Notes: a model not told the origin generated them from the letters alone. 64,000 nt of DNA from Chiloscyllium plagiosum (GCF_004010195.1 NC_057728.1:45355419-45419418); one strand, 5' to 3'; positions 13,170-27,924 are shown, numbered from the stretch's first letter. Program-made: numbers and translations.

Positions 13170-13902
13170 AAAATCCAAGAGGAACAGATGAAAAGATCTA
13201 ACGCTGCCTCCAGTGTGCTAGCACAGCCTTCAGCCACCCGAGGAAAAGGGTGTTCAAGGAGAAGAACATCGAATTCGACGCCAAGATCATGGTAAACGTG
13301 GCTGTTCTGGTTCCTGCCCTCCTACATGGCTCTGAGACAAAGCACTGGAGTAGTACCACCAACACTGTCTGCGTAAGGTCCTGCGAATCCGCTGGGAAGA
13401 AAGCATCCTCAACCAGGCCAACATCCCCAGCATCGAGGTACTGACTAGCCTTGATCAGTTCCAATTGGCTGGGCCCATAATCTACATGACAGACACAAGA
13501 TTCCCCAAGCAGGTGCTGTTCTCCCAGCTCCGTAATGGCAGGCGAGCCCCAGGTAGACAGAGGAAACGCTTCAGCGATACCCACAACGCCTCACTGGCGA
13601 AGTGCGGCATTCCAACAGACCCCTCGGAATCACTGGCCCAAGACCGTCCAAAGTGGAGGAGGAGCATCCAGGAAGGCATTGAGCACTTCAAGACTTGCTG
13701 TCAGGAAAAAGCGGAAGGCAGGTGAAGGCAAGGAGTGCGCTGCCACACCAGTACCCCACCCACCTCTTCCGCAACCATCTTCTGTCCAAAGTGTAAAAGA
13801 GCCAGTGCAAGTCGCATCGATCTGTACAGCCACCTACAGTCTCACCCCGAGAGTGGAAGAGAGTCAACCTTGTCTGCAAGAGATTGTCAATGATGATGAT
13901 TG
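13170..13902 (+). mobile_element. RTE-clade LINE 3' fragment
   Basis: AVLVPALLHGSET and RFPKQVLFSQLRNGRRAPGRQRKRFSD...LAQDRPKWR, a CxxC...HxxxH finger, and a (gat)n tail at about 13893-13900. Confidence 0.85.
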
Positions 13903-14597
13903 AACAAATTGGCCCAGCATATCCCCCACTCTACTATCACTGTCAAGCCAGGAGATCAACTCTTCTAAGTGGAGAGCTCAGGCGGGCATGCTAACAGGGT
14001 ATAGCAGGCATACATAATAATGAAGTGTCAACTTAATCAAGCATACAGCATAAACAGCAAGAGATTGTGTTTTGTGATTCTACAATTAAGGTATCAGAAT
14101 GTGGGCACACAACGAAGGCCAGTACTTAGCTCATTTTGAAATAGTGGGCAGCTAGGTTTTAAGTACAGCATTGATGGCATGAACAGCCCAAATTCCTGAT
14201 AGTGGTGGGCATTTCTGTCTCTACTGCCACCTAATTGCACGAGCAAGATGCCATAGATCCCAGATGCATATTAATAAGACGAACAGTGGAAGATTACATA
14301 AGAAAAGACAGTGAGAGTCGTGAAAGCAAGCTCTCCATGAAATGCCACTATAACAGTTAGCCTAGAAATCGGAAAATTCAATTCTTCATTTTTATAATTA
14401 ATCTTTTTTTTAATTAAAGAAACATGGTGATGGATCTCTACATTCTGAACCTTACATAGGTGACACATTTCACTGGTCAGATCAGTAACTACACACAACA
14501 TTTAATGGGACTAGAGAAAAACAGATATTCCTCCAACCTCTGTCTTAACAGTTCAAAAAACTGCCTCATGTATCTGGATGCTTATCTGTCCTTTTTC

Positions 14598-15165
14598 TTA
14601 ATTCACTTGTGGGAAGTGGGCATTACTGGCTGCTCCTTATTTATTGTCCATCCCTAGTTGCCCTTGACAAGGTGATGGTAAGCTGCCTTTTTGAACTGCT
14701 GCAGTCCATGTGTTGTAGATTGACTCACAATTGCCTAAGGGAGGGAATTCCAGGATTTCGACCAAGTGAAGTGAAGGAACAGCAATACATTTCCAAGTCA
14801 GGATGGTGAGTAGCTTGGAGGGTAACGTGCAGCTGACCATGTTCCCAACTGTCTGCTGCTCTTTTCCTAAGTAATCAGTGATTTGGTAGGTGCTAATGAA
14901 GGAACCTTGAAGAGGCTATGCAGTGTATCTTGTTGATGGTTATATACCGCTACTCAAGTGTGTGATTGTAGAAAGTGGAATAAGAGATAACAATCAAGCA
15001 ATCTGCTTTCACCTGGACAGTACCAAGCTTCTTGACTGTTGTCAGAGTTGCACTCATCCAGGCAAGTGGAGATTATTCCATTGCATTCTTGTATTGTACC
15101 TTGTAGGTGTTGGAATAGCTTTTGAGAATCAGTTGATTCATGTCACAGAATCACAGCCTCACACC
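14598..15165 (-). mobile_element. CR1/L2-group LINE 3' fragment
   Basis: Reverse complement of the 8030-8730 family. Confidence 0.7.
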
Positions 15166-15213
15166 AGCTCCCGCGTATCCACAGTGCTTAGCTCCCGTGT
15201 ATCCAGTGTTTAG

Positions 15214-15338
15214 CTGCCTAATGAAGGAGCAGCGCTTCGAAAATTGGTGCTTCCAAATAAACCTGTTGGATTATAACTTGGTGTTGTGTGATTTTTAACT
15301 TTGTCCACCCCAGTCCAACACCGGCTCCTCCACATCAT
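15214..15338 (+). mobile_element. Penelope-like family B terminal fragment with decayed hammerhead
   Basis: ctaatga-a-ggagc-agc-gcttc-gaaa from 15218; preceded by a 2-copy duplication of about 24 bp at about 15166-15213. Confidence 0.65.
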
Positions 15339-15510
15339 ATCTCCTGTTGGACATGTCATTTGTGTGGCTTAAATTTATTGAATATGTACTTCTCTATTGA
15401 ATAAATTTGATATTTTTGTATGGTAGCTAACATTAATGGCACTTCCATTGTACCCAAGAGCTCAGCTCCAGCAGGAGTGTGGAAGAATAAGCATGAAATG
15501 AGATCACATC

Positions 15511-15992
15511 AGTCATAGAGTCATACAGCACAAAAACAGACCCTTCAGTCCAACTCATCCGTCCTGACCAGATATCCCAATCTGACTTCGTCCAATTTGC
15601 CAGCATTTGGTCCATATCCCTCACAACCCTTCCTATTCATATACCCATCCAGATGCCTATTAAATGTTGTGACTGTACCCACCTCCACCACTTCCTCTGG
15701 CAGCTTCTTCCATACACATGCCACTGTCTGCATGATAAAGTTACCCCTCAGGTCTTTTATAAATCTTTCCCCTAACTGTTAATCCATGACCTCTAGTTTT
15801 GGACTCCCCCCACCCTAAGAAAAAGATCCTGCCTCGTCACCCTATCCATGCCCCTCATGATTTTATAAGCCTCTATAATATCACCCCGCAGCCTCCGACG
15901 CTCCAGAGAAAAATGCCCCATCCTATTCAGCCTCTTCCTATAACGTAAGCCCTCCAGTCCTGGCAAAACCTTATAAATTATTTCTGCACCCT
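15511..15992 (-). mobile_element. HER1-type CR1 3' fragment
   Basis: High similarity to 10363-10710 and 16073-16570. Confidence 0.9.
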
Positions 15993-16072
15993 GTCAATGT
16001 TTATATTTCTTTACAATTTCAGCCCAGGCTTTTTCTGGTTGTTTGTCTTTGTTTTAAAATTGGATTGTGGCA

Positions 16073-16680
16073 TCATAGAGTCATCGAATTGTAGAGATGT
16101 ACATCACAGAAACAGACCCTTCAGTCCAATTCGTCCATGTCGACCAGATATCCCAACCCAGTCTAGTCCCACCTGCTGCACCTGGCCTAAATCCCTCCAA
16201 ACCCTTCCTAATCATATACACATCCAGATGCCTTTTAAATGTTGCAGCTGTACTAGCCTGTACCACTTGCTCTGGCAGCTGATTCCATACATGTACACCC
16301 TCTGCATGAAAAAGTTGCCCCTTAGGTCTCTTTTATATTTTGCCCCTCTCACCTTAAACTTATGCCCTCTAGTTCTGGACTCCCCCACCGCAGGGAAAAG
16401 ACTTTGTCTATTTATCCTATCCGTGCCCCTCATGATTTTGTAAACCTCTATAAAATCACCCCTCAGCCTCCGACACTCCAGGGAAAACAGCCCCAGCCTA
16501 TTCAACCTCTCCCGATAGCTCAAATCCTCCAACCCTGGCAACATCCTTGTAAATCTTTTCTGAACCTTTCAAGTTTCACAACACTTTTCCGATAGGAAGG
16601 AGACCAGAATTGCACGAAATATTCCAACAATGTCCTGTACAGCTGCAACATGACCTCCCAACTCCTGTACTCAATACTCT
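16073..16680 (-). mobile_element. HER1-type CR1 3' fragment
   Basis: ORF 16212-16544 reads MLPGLEDLSYRERLNRLGLFSLECRRLRGD, the CR1 ORF2 C-terminus. Confidence 0.9.
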
Positions 16681-17291
16681 TTTTAAATCTTTCTTAAATA
16701 TTCAGTAGGGCTTCGATAAGGCACCTTCCTTATCCTTTAGACGTGATTCTAATTAAGTTATTCCAGATCCTCAACTTTCTTTGGATTTTCCTTTTGAAGC
16801 CTTATAATGATCAGAGTCTGTACTGCTTCCAAGCAAAACTGTGAAGTATAACGTAATATTGGTAAAGTTGGGGCCTCCCAGAACCAGAATTCACAGAGTT
16901 AAAGGTATATCAGAATGATATCAGCCCCCTGAATAATGAATCCGGAGCTTAAGACCTACTAATTCCATCTTGGCCCCTTAAAAATTCAGAAGGTTTCTTT
17001 CAATGTCTGTCACCCCACATTAGGAAGTGGGAGTAGAGATTTCTTCCAAAAGCAATGTATGCCACCTCTGGTTGCAGCCAAAGAGAACAGATATCCACAC
17101 AAAATTTTGCTTACGTACCTGCCTGCCTTATTCAAATTGTTACTTCCTTTTCCCAGAAGTCAATCTCTTTCATTTTTAAAGCATTCAATTGTGCTTCGTT
17201 AAAAAAAATCCCTGTAATAATGATGAATTATTGCCTGTACATTTCATTATCACTAAACAATTTTTGGACCTCTACAACTTAAAACTGAATA

Positions 17292-20200
17292 GAAGACCAT
17301 AAGAACTAGGAGCAGGAGTAGGCCATCCGGCCTGTTCTGCCACTCAATAAGATCATGGCTGATCTTTTCATAGACTCGGATCCTCCATACACGCACTCAT
17401 CATATCCCTTCATTCCTTAATTGTTCAAAAAAAAATTATCTGAGCTTTGAAAATATTTACTGAAGTAGTGTCAACTACTTCACTGGGCAAGGAACTCCAT
17501 AGATTTACAACCCTTTGGGTAAAGCAGTTTTTTTTCTCAATTCAGTCCTAAATCTGCTCCCTCTAATCTTGAGGCTATGCGATTTTGTCCTAGTTTCACC
17601 TGCGAGAGAAAACATCCTCTCTACTTCTATCTTATCTATTCCCTTCGTAATTTTATATGTTTCTATAAGATCGCTCCTCATTCTTCTGAGTTCCAATAAA
17701 TATAATTCCGGTCTACTCAGTCTTTCCTCATACACCAACCCTCTCAACTCTGGAATCAGCCTAGTGCACCTTCGCTGCATCTCTCCAGTACTAGTACATC
17801 CTTTCTCAAGTAAGGAGACCAAAACTGTATACAGTACTCCAGGTGTGGCCTCCCCAGCATCCTTTACAGCTGCAACATAACCTTCCTGTTTTAAAACTCA
17901 ATCCCTTTTGCAATGAAGGACAAAATTCAATTTGCCATTCTAATTGCTTGGTGTACCTGCAGATCAACCTTCTGCAATTCATACACAAGGACACCCAGGT
18001 CCCTCTGCATAGCAGCATGTTGCAACTTGTTACCATTCAAGTAATAATCCTTTTTATTGGTACTCCTACTAAAATGGATGACTTCACATTTATTAACATT
18101 GTATTCCATCTGCCAGATCTTTGCCCACTCACTTAAAGTATCTACGTTCCTCTGCAAAGTTTCACAGTCTTCTGCATACTTTGCTCTGCCACTCATTTTA
18201 GTGTCACCTGCAAACTTTGACACTCTTTACACATGGTCCCCAACTCCAAATCATCTTTATAAATTGTGAATAATTGTGATCCCAACACCGATCCCTGAGG
18301 CACACCACTAGTCACTGATTGCCAGCCAGAATAGCACTTATTTATCCCCAATCTTTGCTTCCTGTTAGTCAACCAATCCTCTATCATGCTAATAGTTTAC
18401 TTGTAACGCTATGCATCTTTATCTGATACAGCAGCCTCTTGTGCAGCACCTTGTCGAAGGCCTTTTGGAAATCTAGGTACACCACATCCACTGGGTTCCC
18501 ATTGTCCACCCTGCTCGTAATGTCTTCATAGAATTCCAAAAGATTTGTTAAGCATGACCTACCCTTCATGACCCCATGTTCCATCTGCCCAGTGGGACAA
18601 TATTTATGGAGATGCCTTGCTATTTCTTCCTTGATCATAGACTCAAGCATCTTCCCCACTACAGAGGTTAAGCTAACCAGTCTGTAATTCCCCAACTTTT
18701 GTCTACCTCCCTTTTTAAACAGTAGCGTTACTTTGCTGTTTTCCAGTCTGCTGGGACTGCCCCAGAGATCAGCGAATTTTGGAAAATTACCGCAGTGCAC
18801 TTGCTATTTCTCCTGTCATCTCTTTCAGTACCCTGGGATGCATTCCATCAGGGCCAGGAGACTTGTCTATCCTTAGCTCCATTAGCTTGTCCAGCACTAC
18901 CTTTTCTGTAATAACGGTCGTTTCCAGATCCTCACCTACCTTCATCTCTTTGTCAATTACGGCATGTTATTAGTCACCTCCACTGTGAAGACCAATACAA
19001 AATGCCTGTTCAGTGCCTCGGCCGTTTCATCATATCCCATAACTAACTGCCCCTTCTCATTCTCTAAAGGATCAACGTTTACTTCAGTCACGCTTTTTTT
19101 GTTTTATATGTTTATAGAAATGTTTGCTCTCAGTCTTTATATTCCATGTTAGTTTTTTCTCATGTTCTATCTTACTTTTCTTTATAACTCTTTTTGTGGT
19201 TTTCTGTTGACCTTTAAAGTTTTCCCAATCTTCTAGTTTCATGCTGTTTTTTGCCACTTTGTATGCCTTCTCTTTCAATTTAATAGCTTCCCTTATTTCC
19301 TCAGACACCTACGGCAGATTACCCCTTTTCTCACAGTCCTTCCTTTTCACCGGAATATACTTCTGCTGAGCACTTTGAAAAATTGCATTGGAAGTCCTCC
19401 ACTGCTCGTCAACTGTCCCACATAAATAACCAAGTCCTCCTTCATTCTATTGTAGTCTCCCTTGTTTAAGCACAGGATCCTGGAATTGGATTTTTTCTTC
19501 ACACTCCCTATCTGTATTCTAAATTCAACCATACTGTGATCGCTCCTTCCAAGAGGATCCCTAACTATGAGGTCATTAATTATTGCTGTCTCATTACACA
19601 GGACCTGACCTAGGATAGCTTGCTCCCTCGTCAGCTCCATTATGTACTGTTCAAGAAAACTATCAACAAACTCCACCTCAAGGCTACCCTGACTGAGCTG
19701 GTTCGACCAATTGACATGTTGATTAAAATCTCCCATGATAATTGTCATACCGTTTTTACAGGCATTAGTTATTTATTTGTTTATTGCCCAACCCAATGTG
19801 ATGTTATTATTTGGTGGCCGATAGACTATGCCTATCAGTGACTTTTTCTTCTTGGAATGTATCATTTCCACTCAAATGGATTCAACCTTATTCTCCAAAG
19901 AACCTATATCATGTCTCAGCACCATCCTGATGTTGTTCTTGAATATCAGAGCTACAGAACCTCCCTTACCTTCCTGCCTGTCCTTCCAAATAAACTGATA
20001 CCCCTGGATATTTAATTCCCAAACATGACCATCCTGCAACCATATCTCCGTAATGGCTACTAAATCATTATCATTCACGATGATTCGTGCCATTAACTCA
20101 TCAACCTTGTTATGAATGCTATGAGCATTCAGGTAAAATGCCCTTTTGCTAGCTTTCTTGTTCTCATGATTTCCAACATCTCTAACAATATCTCCTGAGT

Positions 20201-21680
20201 TATCCTTCCTTTTTACTTCTTTCATAGTCTGCCTTGAACTTAAACCCACCTGCAATTATGCTAACCTGTTGCTTGCCTTTTTACTTACCATCATACTCCT
20301 GTCATTTTCCCTTTCTCTTTCCCCGACTCACTAATTTAAAGTCCTAATGACCACCCTATTTATCCTTTTCGTGAGAATACTGGTTCCAGATTGGTTCAGG
20401 TGGAGACCGTCCCATTGGTCAAAAACTGATGCCAATGCCCCATGAAATGGAACCCCTCTTTCCCATTCCACCCTCTTAGCCACGTGTTTGCTTCCCTAAT
20501 TTTCTTATCCCTAAGCCAGTTTGCACGTGGCTCGGGCAGTAATCCGGAGATTATGACCTGAGAGGACCTGTTCCTTAATTTTGTTCCTAGTGTTTGATAA
20601 TCCCCAAACAAGTCTTGCTTCCTAGCCTTGCCTATGTTTTTGTGCCAAAGTGGAACACAACAACTGGATACTCCCCCTCCTGCTCCAATATCCTTTCAAG
20701 CTGGTCAGAAATGTCCTGCACCCTGACACCGGACAGGCAACGCACCATGCAGGACTCCCGATACAGCTTGCAAAGGATACTGTCTATCCCTCTAATTCTA
20801 CAGTCCCCTGTAACTACCACTTGTCCTTTTGCTCCCCCCTCTTGAATGGCCTTCTGCAACATGGTGCCATGGTCAGCTGGCTCATCCTCCCCACAGCCCT
20901 TTTACTCATCGACACAGGGAGCAAGAATCTCATACCTGTTTGATAAGGTCAAGGGCTGAGGCTCCTCCACTCATAAACTCAGGATCCCCCTACTTGCCTC
21001 ACTTGCAATCACACCCTGTTGTCCCTGATCACTAACTGAATTTCAATTACTTAATCCACTGGATGGGACTGCCTCCTGAAAGAAAGTGTCCAGGTAACTC
21101 GCCCCCTCCCGGATGTGCCGCAGTGTTTGAAGCTCAGATTCCAGATCGTCAATTCTGATCCAGAGCTTTTCCAGCAACCAACATGTTCTGCAGATGTGGT
21201 CACTGCCATTCACAATGGGATCAGCCAGCTCCCACAAAATTCAGATACACCATATCACCTGCCCAGCTATCTCTACTTTGTTAATTACTTTATTACTTAA
21301 TATAAATTTGAGTAAAATAATTTCTAATACTTCTCTGCTATGCTCTTTTGCAAATAACCAAATAATAGATAATTAAAAAAAGAAAAAATGTAAATTTTAA
21401 CCAGTCACACAATAAAAAAGAAATATAAAAGCCTTACCTTATCAACACACCACAGAGTCTTTTTTTGTTTGGTTAGATGAGGAGGGCAGGTGGGAGACAC
21501 TACACGTGTGGTGTCTCGGGCTCAGCCGCTGCCCAAATATATCAATTCACTCACCTTCCCAAACCACAATTCAACCATAATGAAGGCCACTGCTCCCACA
21601 AGGTCAGTTTTTAAATGGAGAATTTACTTTCCCATCAGCCCCCTGGTTTCTGCTTTCACCGTTCCTGCTGCAAAAATTTA
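17292..21680 (-). mobile_element. Near full-length CR1 LINE (ORF1 zinc-finger/coiled-coil plus esterase; ORF2 APE plus RT), inactivated
   Basis: Ordered minus-strand fragments: ICRTCWLLEKLWIRIDDLESEL; VVVTGDCRIRGID; YLNAHSIHNK...LVAITEIW; MGDFN; SDH; YLDFQKAFDKV; GVPQGSVLG; KFAGDTK; then 3' UTR. Many frameshifts and stops. Confidence 0.93.
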
Positions 21681-24600
21681 TGTATATGTCTTTTAAGACA
21701 GGATGGAGAGTTTTGTTTCATTTTGCTTTGTTTAAAATTACTCAGCTCTAATTCATAAAAGCATTTTTACACTCTACACGATGAGTTTAAAAAAAACTGT
21801 CACAGTCATCTCTTCCACCATTGTATTCCAGAATTATCAGTTGGTCAGATTGCTCCATCAAATGTAATGATATCAAAGTCCATGGCCGAAATCATTTCAC
21901 CCTCCAGGTTGCAGCAGGAGGCTTGGTGTCATTCAGTCATGAGGCCAGATAAAGGGAAAAGGATGGGTGCTCAGAAACTTGAGGGGAGCTTGGGGCTGAA
22001 GGTGTTGTGGGGTAGAGGGGGAGACAATACCATGGAAGCAGCACAGAACTCCTACTTTTCAATGAAATTCGTCATAGCTGTCAGACAAGTTTAATTGAAA
22101 CTGCGTCTGTGCCAGTATTTTTTTTTAAAAGACAGTTTGGGATTATGCAACTTGCTTACTTCTAAAAAAATATGACTGGGGGCCATCAACTGTCAAAACT
22201 AGTACTAAAGCATGTACAATAGAGAGTTGAAAGTGTTGAAATGAAAAAAAATGTTTATGAAAGCTGTTTTTCAATTCGTTTCACATCTGTGCAGGACAGT
22301 TATAACGTAGTTGTGTGTAATCAATGAGTGAAATGTATAAGTTTGTGAAACTATGGATTTAATCGCGCTCTCAGAGCGTAAAATGATAGGGACTTCAAGC
22401 AGGTAGATACAGCCAGCAAAATCTAGAAAAGAACTAGAATAACATAAACACATGGAGTTGGATAACTTGGAAAAAATCTGTGTTGTGTTTGCGTTAATCA
22501 TCTCCAGAAGAAATCTAAACTGATACTTGAAACATAAGACTTCTTGGAGAAAGCAGCAAAGGCCTGAGGCATTGGTGATCTCAAGGAGCTCTCTATGGGT
22601 CAGAGCCACTTTTCTGGCAGAGTGCAAGCCTAGTTCACAGCATTGCCTCTCAGACAACTGTAAAACACTGCAGGAGTTGTGCGGTGTATGCTTGCAGTAC
22701 TTAATTTTTTTTTGATTTAATACATTGTTATTTGTTAAAGGATGAAATTTGAAATTAAATGTTTACTTCATTTTCTGAGCATCCATTTACCTAATGATGA
22801 TGCTGTTTTCTTGTAGGTTTATATATTTTTATTTGAATTCTGTATTATTTTAGCCAAACCTAGCATTTGAAATGAGTTTTGCCTTATTTTATTGAAAAAT
22901 CATTTTTTAAAGGTTTGCTCACAATTGAAATGTGTCAGCAACAGTTACACACTCTGTGCATCCATGCTGGAGAGAAATCTTATTTCATAGCTTTGCATGT
23001 TATTTATATGACATTAACACTTCCACAGTACGGTTTGGGTAAACCGATAAAGTAGTGGCCAAATTGTAAATGGTATATTTAAATTTTTTAAGTAAAATTT
23101 TGATTTCTGCATACTACCAATGTTATTTTGCATGAAAATGTTTCTGGATAACGTAGCAACAATTGTAATTCTTCCTGAAATGCTTGCCAGAAGATCAGCA
23201 CTACTATTCTTTCTCCTTTATGTAATATTACAAGCAAATGTTTTATTGTCACAGCAGCGCGTGATTCAAAAAAATCATGCTTATGCCTTCCTATAATTTA
23301 TCGGTTTGTAACATTGAGTAAACTAATGTAGTTGTCCACTGCATATTATTAAACATTTTTGTATATCAGATAGTGACAGAGTTGAGAGACATGGAGCCAT
23401 TTCGTAACAGAGAGCCTGGAGCAATATAATCAGAGTAACAAAACAAAATAGAATGTATTATTTATGGAACAATGTAGTGTGGTAATCATTGATGGACAAC
23501 ATTATTTAAAAGATTCTTGGAATAGAAGTTCACTTTATACGCAATATTTTCTGAAAGGTAATGAAAGGTTGTTGTAATCAAAAATGTGCCTAACCTATTC
23601 GTCTGTAAAATATGCTTGATTCTCTTTTAATTTTGATGTATTGTTTCACATTTGATCACATAATTTGGAAATATAGAATTTGAAGCAGTTGAATGCTACA
23701 AGTATGCCTGTCCTGATTCTTTTAACTTGGGGCACATACATGGGGACCATTACGTTCACATCAAGTCTGCCCATGAGACCGAGAGACATTTGAACTCTTG
23801 CAGTCCCTTACTGTGTTCAAATTATGATTCCATCAGAAATTGATGGGCATCGCTATATGGATGGTGTGTGTGAGCAGAATTTTGGATGTTTGGAGACCAC
23901 TGTAAGGAGCCCACAGAAACAGTTGTTTAAGGAAAGAGAGACACATAATTTTTCAAAAAGGCCAAAAGAAGCACGCCAACTCTTCTTGGCTTACAAAGAA
24001 ACTTGTTGAAAAAGCAAAAAAAAAAATCTTCCTTCCTGTAGCTCCTCTGTTACTGACCTTTTTTATTGCTGCCTTTCTCTGGTGGCACTGACACTGGCTG
24101 AAACTCATCCGACTATGAATTAAAATCAGATTTGTGCCAGCAATCCCTTTTCATATTTATGAGACAATGAACACCACCAGTACATCCCAAAGTGCAGGAT
24201 TTAACTCGATGGCAGGTAAACTGTAGTATGAATAAACCAATAATTGCTTATTTTAACTTCCTGCACATTCTGTTCTCATTGGGTGCAATTGATTAACTTG
24301 GAGCTTTTAGGCTGCAGCTTTCAATCAAGTTGGACTCCAGGACAAAGAACTCTCTCTGTAAAGAGACGAATTTCACTGTTCATGCACGTAGAATTTTGAT
24401 AGTTTTATAAAATGCATTTTAATCAGAACATTTTAATGGCAGTCTCCAGGTATTTTAATTGATTATTAAGCAGAATGTTGAAGATCACATTTCAGATTAA
24501 GTCATTTTGGGATATTTAGTGTTGATCCAACTTTGGAGCAAAGGTTTGGTATCTTTAATTGCATCAATTAATATTTAAAATACATACCCAGGTCCTCCAC

Positions 24601-27600
24601 CCCACCCCCAAAACCATCATACTCCTTGCCTCCTTAACTCTGCTATTTGAGAAACTTCCAACAATCACAGAATACCCAACCATGAATAAGGAGTTCCCTG
24701 TCTCAGGCATATTTCATCCTAGGAACTCACTACCATTCTGATTTTAGAGTGATCTTGGAGGTCCAAGTCCTGGTGGGGGTAATTTGGTGTAAGCACATCA
24801 TCCAATATGGTGTGATGTGCAAATAATTTATTTATTCAACTTGTCATTCAAGTTCATTGTCACTATGTAAACCTGAATATATACTTCTATAAGCTGTAAA
24901 CATTAAAGTAGACATGAAACAGCAACAAAAACTATTATTGGTTTACATTTTAGAGGAAGTAAAAGTAACATGGAATTTGAAGAGTTTTAGTAGTGGTGGT
25001 ATCTTTCAGATCAGTTTCACATTGTGAAATGTTGTCCGTTTTAATTAATCACCTTAGATGAAAATCATCTTAATTGGATGGATTTGTTATTTATAGATTT
25101 GTTAAAATTCTGAAAAGCAGTAACTGTCAGATCGGAAAATTCAAAGCAAAATCAAATACTACCAACAGGAATTTTGTTCACGTGTATATCTGGAATCAAA
25201 AACAGTTAGTATTACTTTAGAATTCAAAACATAAATACCTGCCAGTGTCCACTTTTGCCCTACAGCTTTTTATTGTTGTATGTTGAGATTTTGGTCTCCT
25301 CTGAAGACTGTTAATTTTAGCAAGCTTTCTGTTGCACTTGCCAGTGAGGTGCCAGAATGTTTAGACTCTTTTCTAAGCTTTGTTAAAAATAAACATGGAA
25401 ATCTGCCTGCAGGTGTTTTGATGGCCTCAGATCAGAGTGAGATTTCCTGTTTTACTTACGCAAATATGCCAAACATCAGAATTGATGAAAATAGCTAAAA
25501 TAAGAGGCCAGCAAAATCCATAGATTACCAAAGCATGGGCATACTGACTTAAATTTGTTGTAAATAAATTGAATTTATTTTAAATCAATACCTCTATTAT
25601 TTCTTGTACAAATTAGAAAAGTCTTAACTGCAAACCAACAATCCACATCCATCTTCTTGCATCCCCTCCAGTGTTAAGTGTTGCACTGTGAAAATTGGAA
25701 TTAAATGTTTTCATAACTTTTTCAGCAAAGTTTATGCAGTAGTTGGCAGAAATCATTTGATATTTTTGTCTTAACAGTGGAACTTCTTTTATTATACCAG
25801 TGATGTGAAATATTCTTTAACAAACTAAGTTTAACAAAGTATTTTTAACAAACTAGAACCAAAGATGTTTCCGCAAGATGCTCATGCTGTATGATTTAAT
25901 TACTCAAATAATAAAGTCTATTATTCCTACTAATGCCAGGTTAGAAGCAAAACACATTTTGGAACAATAAAAATGCTAAGGTCAAATTATTTTTCTTAAA
26001 ACATTGCTTACATTAAAGTGTACCATATGAATCTTTGAGCTCTATTTAATAGGTAATAGCCCAGTATTGTTAAAGTACTTTTAATGTATAATTTTCTTTG
26101 GATTGAAGCATCAATTTTTAAAGGCCTTTTGTTGAAGCCCATTTTCAGCCAATAACCATTTCCATAATGTTTATTCAAACTTCTTTGAATATTTATTGAT
26201 CCATAAAGAGTTTAGATTTTAAAACCATATCCACTAAAATACGAAATTGTGCTTGTCTATTTGAAAAAGCCTTGGACGAAATTTAACCTGCAGATGACCT
26301 TGTCTTGTTTATTCAGTAGGGAATTTCTAAGCAATGCATAGAGTGTCTATTATTCTCCTTTTTGAGAAAATTAATGGCAGATGGTCCTGATCTCAATGAC
26401 TGTCACTGACATTGCTCTGAATGACTTCATTCTCTAATATCATGACATTGTTTCTGCTGTGGAGATAATGACCTCGGATTGTGCAAGATGCCTGAGATCT
26501 GCAAGATAAGCCGTCATGCACAAATTTTCCTGATGTAGGAATATGTTTCTAAATCTATTTTGAAATTTATTAATCCAGTAGGCTGCTGAGAGAGCCTTAT
26601 TGCAAATCAGACAATAGCGATTTATTTTCTGATCCAAACTACACTAAGAAAATAAAAGCAAAGCTTTGCAACAAGACTTCAATTCAGGCAACTGATTGTC
26701 CAGTGAACTTACAGTTTTGCATCTAGTTTTCTGCCACCAAAATTTAACAGGAATCCACTCGGTTTCAAGGAAAGAAACATGAAATATTAATAACTTCATA
26801 ATTCTTATTGTACAGTTAAAGATTAAACCTTTATTCAGATTCACTGTGAGCATTCATGTCAAAGATCTAGATAGTTGATTGAGTGTGTTCAACATACATG
26901 AATTCAGTTTTCATAAGAAAGATCACTAAGGTGCTTGGAAAAATGGAGAAGGGCAGTCACTGCAGGTACGCAATGCCAGATGCTAAAAGTCAGTCAACAT
27001 TGAGAATGAAAGGATACAGAGGATGTTTATTCTTGCCAATACAAGTTTAAATAAAAACAGCTTTGCAAAGGAAAAATCTGATAAGAATAAGATCATCTTT
27101 GATCATATATGGATATATGCCTTTACTCCATTCATTGATATTATACTTCTTGAAGTATATTTATTGAAATCCTTGAAAACCATCATAGGTTTGTGTCTTG
27201 ACATCCATTCTACATCCAGCATAATAAATGTTTCCTCATCAGATGTCTAGCAAAGATTTATTTTTGGTGTACTCTGTTGTTCTACAGGGTATTATTTCAT
27301 CTGTACATAGAATAAGAATCAATTGTCCTGGCATAAAAACTTTGGAATTAAGTTAATTAGCTTTGGCATTTTGCGCATGTGAAATTTCAACTTTTAAACA
27401 TGAACTATAGTCAATACATTTTTGTGTAAAAGTGACAACAGGAATCATTTTTTAAAACTTAACTATATCTCTTAACGACAATAATGGAGACTTGACTGAT
27501 AATTGAGATCCCAATGTGAAATAATCAATTGTATTCTTCTAGTAGTTTACTATGCTGTCAACTAATGCACTTTTATCACAGTTACTCTTCAGAACTAATT

Positions 27601-27616
27601 AATGAATGTTTTAATA

Positions 27617-27924
27617 AGATTAGATTCCCTGCAGTATGGAAACAGGCCCTTTGGCCCAACAAGTCCACACTGACCCTCCGAAGAGTAACCCCAACCTATA
27701 TTTGCCCCTGACAAATGCAACTAACACCATGGGCAATTTAGTATGGCTAATTCACCTAACTTGCACATCTTTGGATTGTGGGAGGAAACCGGAGCACTCT
27801 GAGGAAACCCACACAGACACGGGGAGAATGTGCAAACTCCATACAGTTGCCGGAGGTGGGAACTGAACCCAGGTCCTGGCGCTGTGAGGCAGCAGTGCGA
27901 ACCACTGAGCCACCATGTTGCCCC
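27617..27924 (-). mobile_element. HE1-type tRNA-derived SINE
   Basis: Minus strand starts ggggcaacatggtggctcagtggttc (A box), followed by gggttcagttccc (B box); tail shared with HER1-type CR1. Confidence 0.85.

Noticed and set aside
17292..21680. Active or domesticated CR1
   Set aside because: Numerous frameshifts and stops, and catalytic motifs are altered (GDS to GDC, FADD to FAGD).
21700..27600. Composite homeodomain plus E-box (TWIST1/ALX Coordinator-type) motifs
   Set aside because: The CAGATG/CATCTG sites I inspected lacked a convincingly spaced TAATT; a PWM scan is needed.
27840..27924. tRNA gene-like A/B boxes (also at 12850, 36515, 40930, 45775)
   Set aside because: These are SINE heads followed by SINE bodies, not complete cloverleaf tRNAs.
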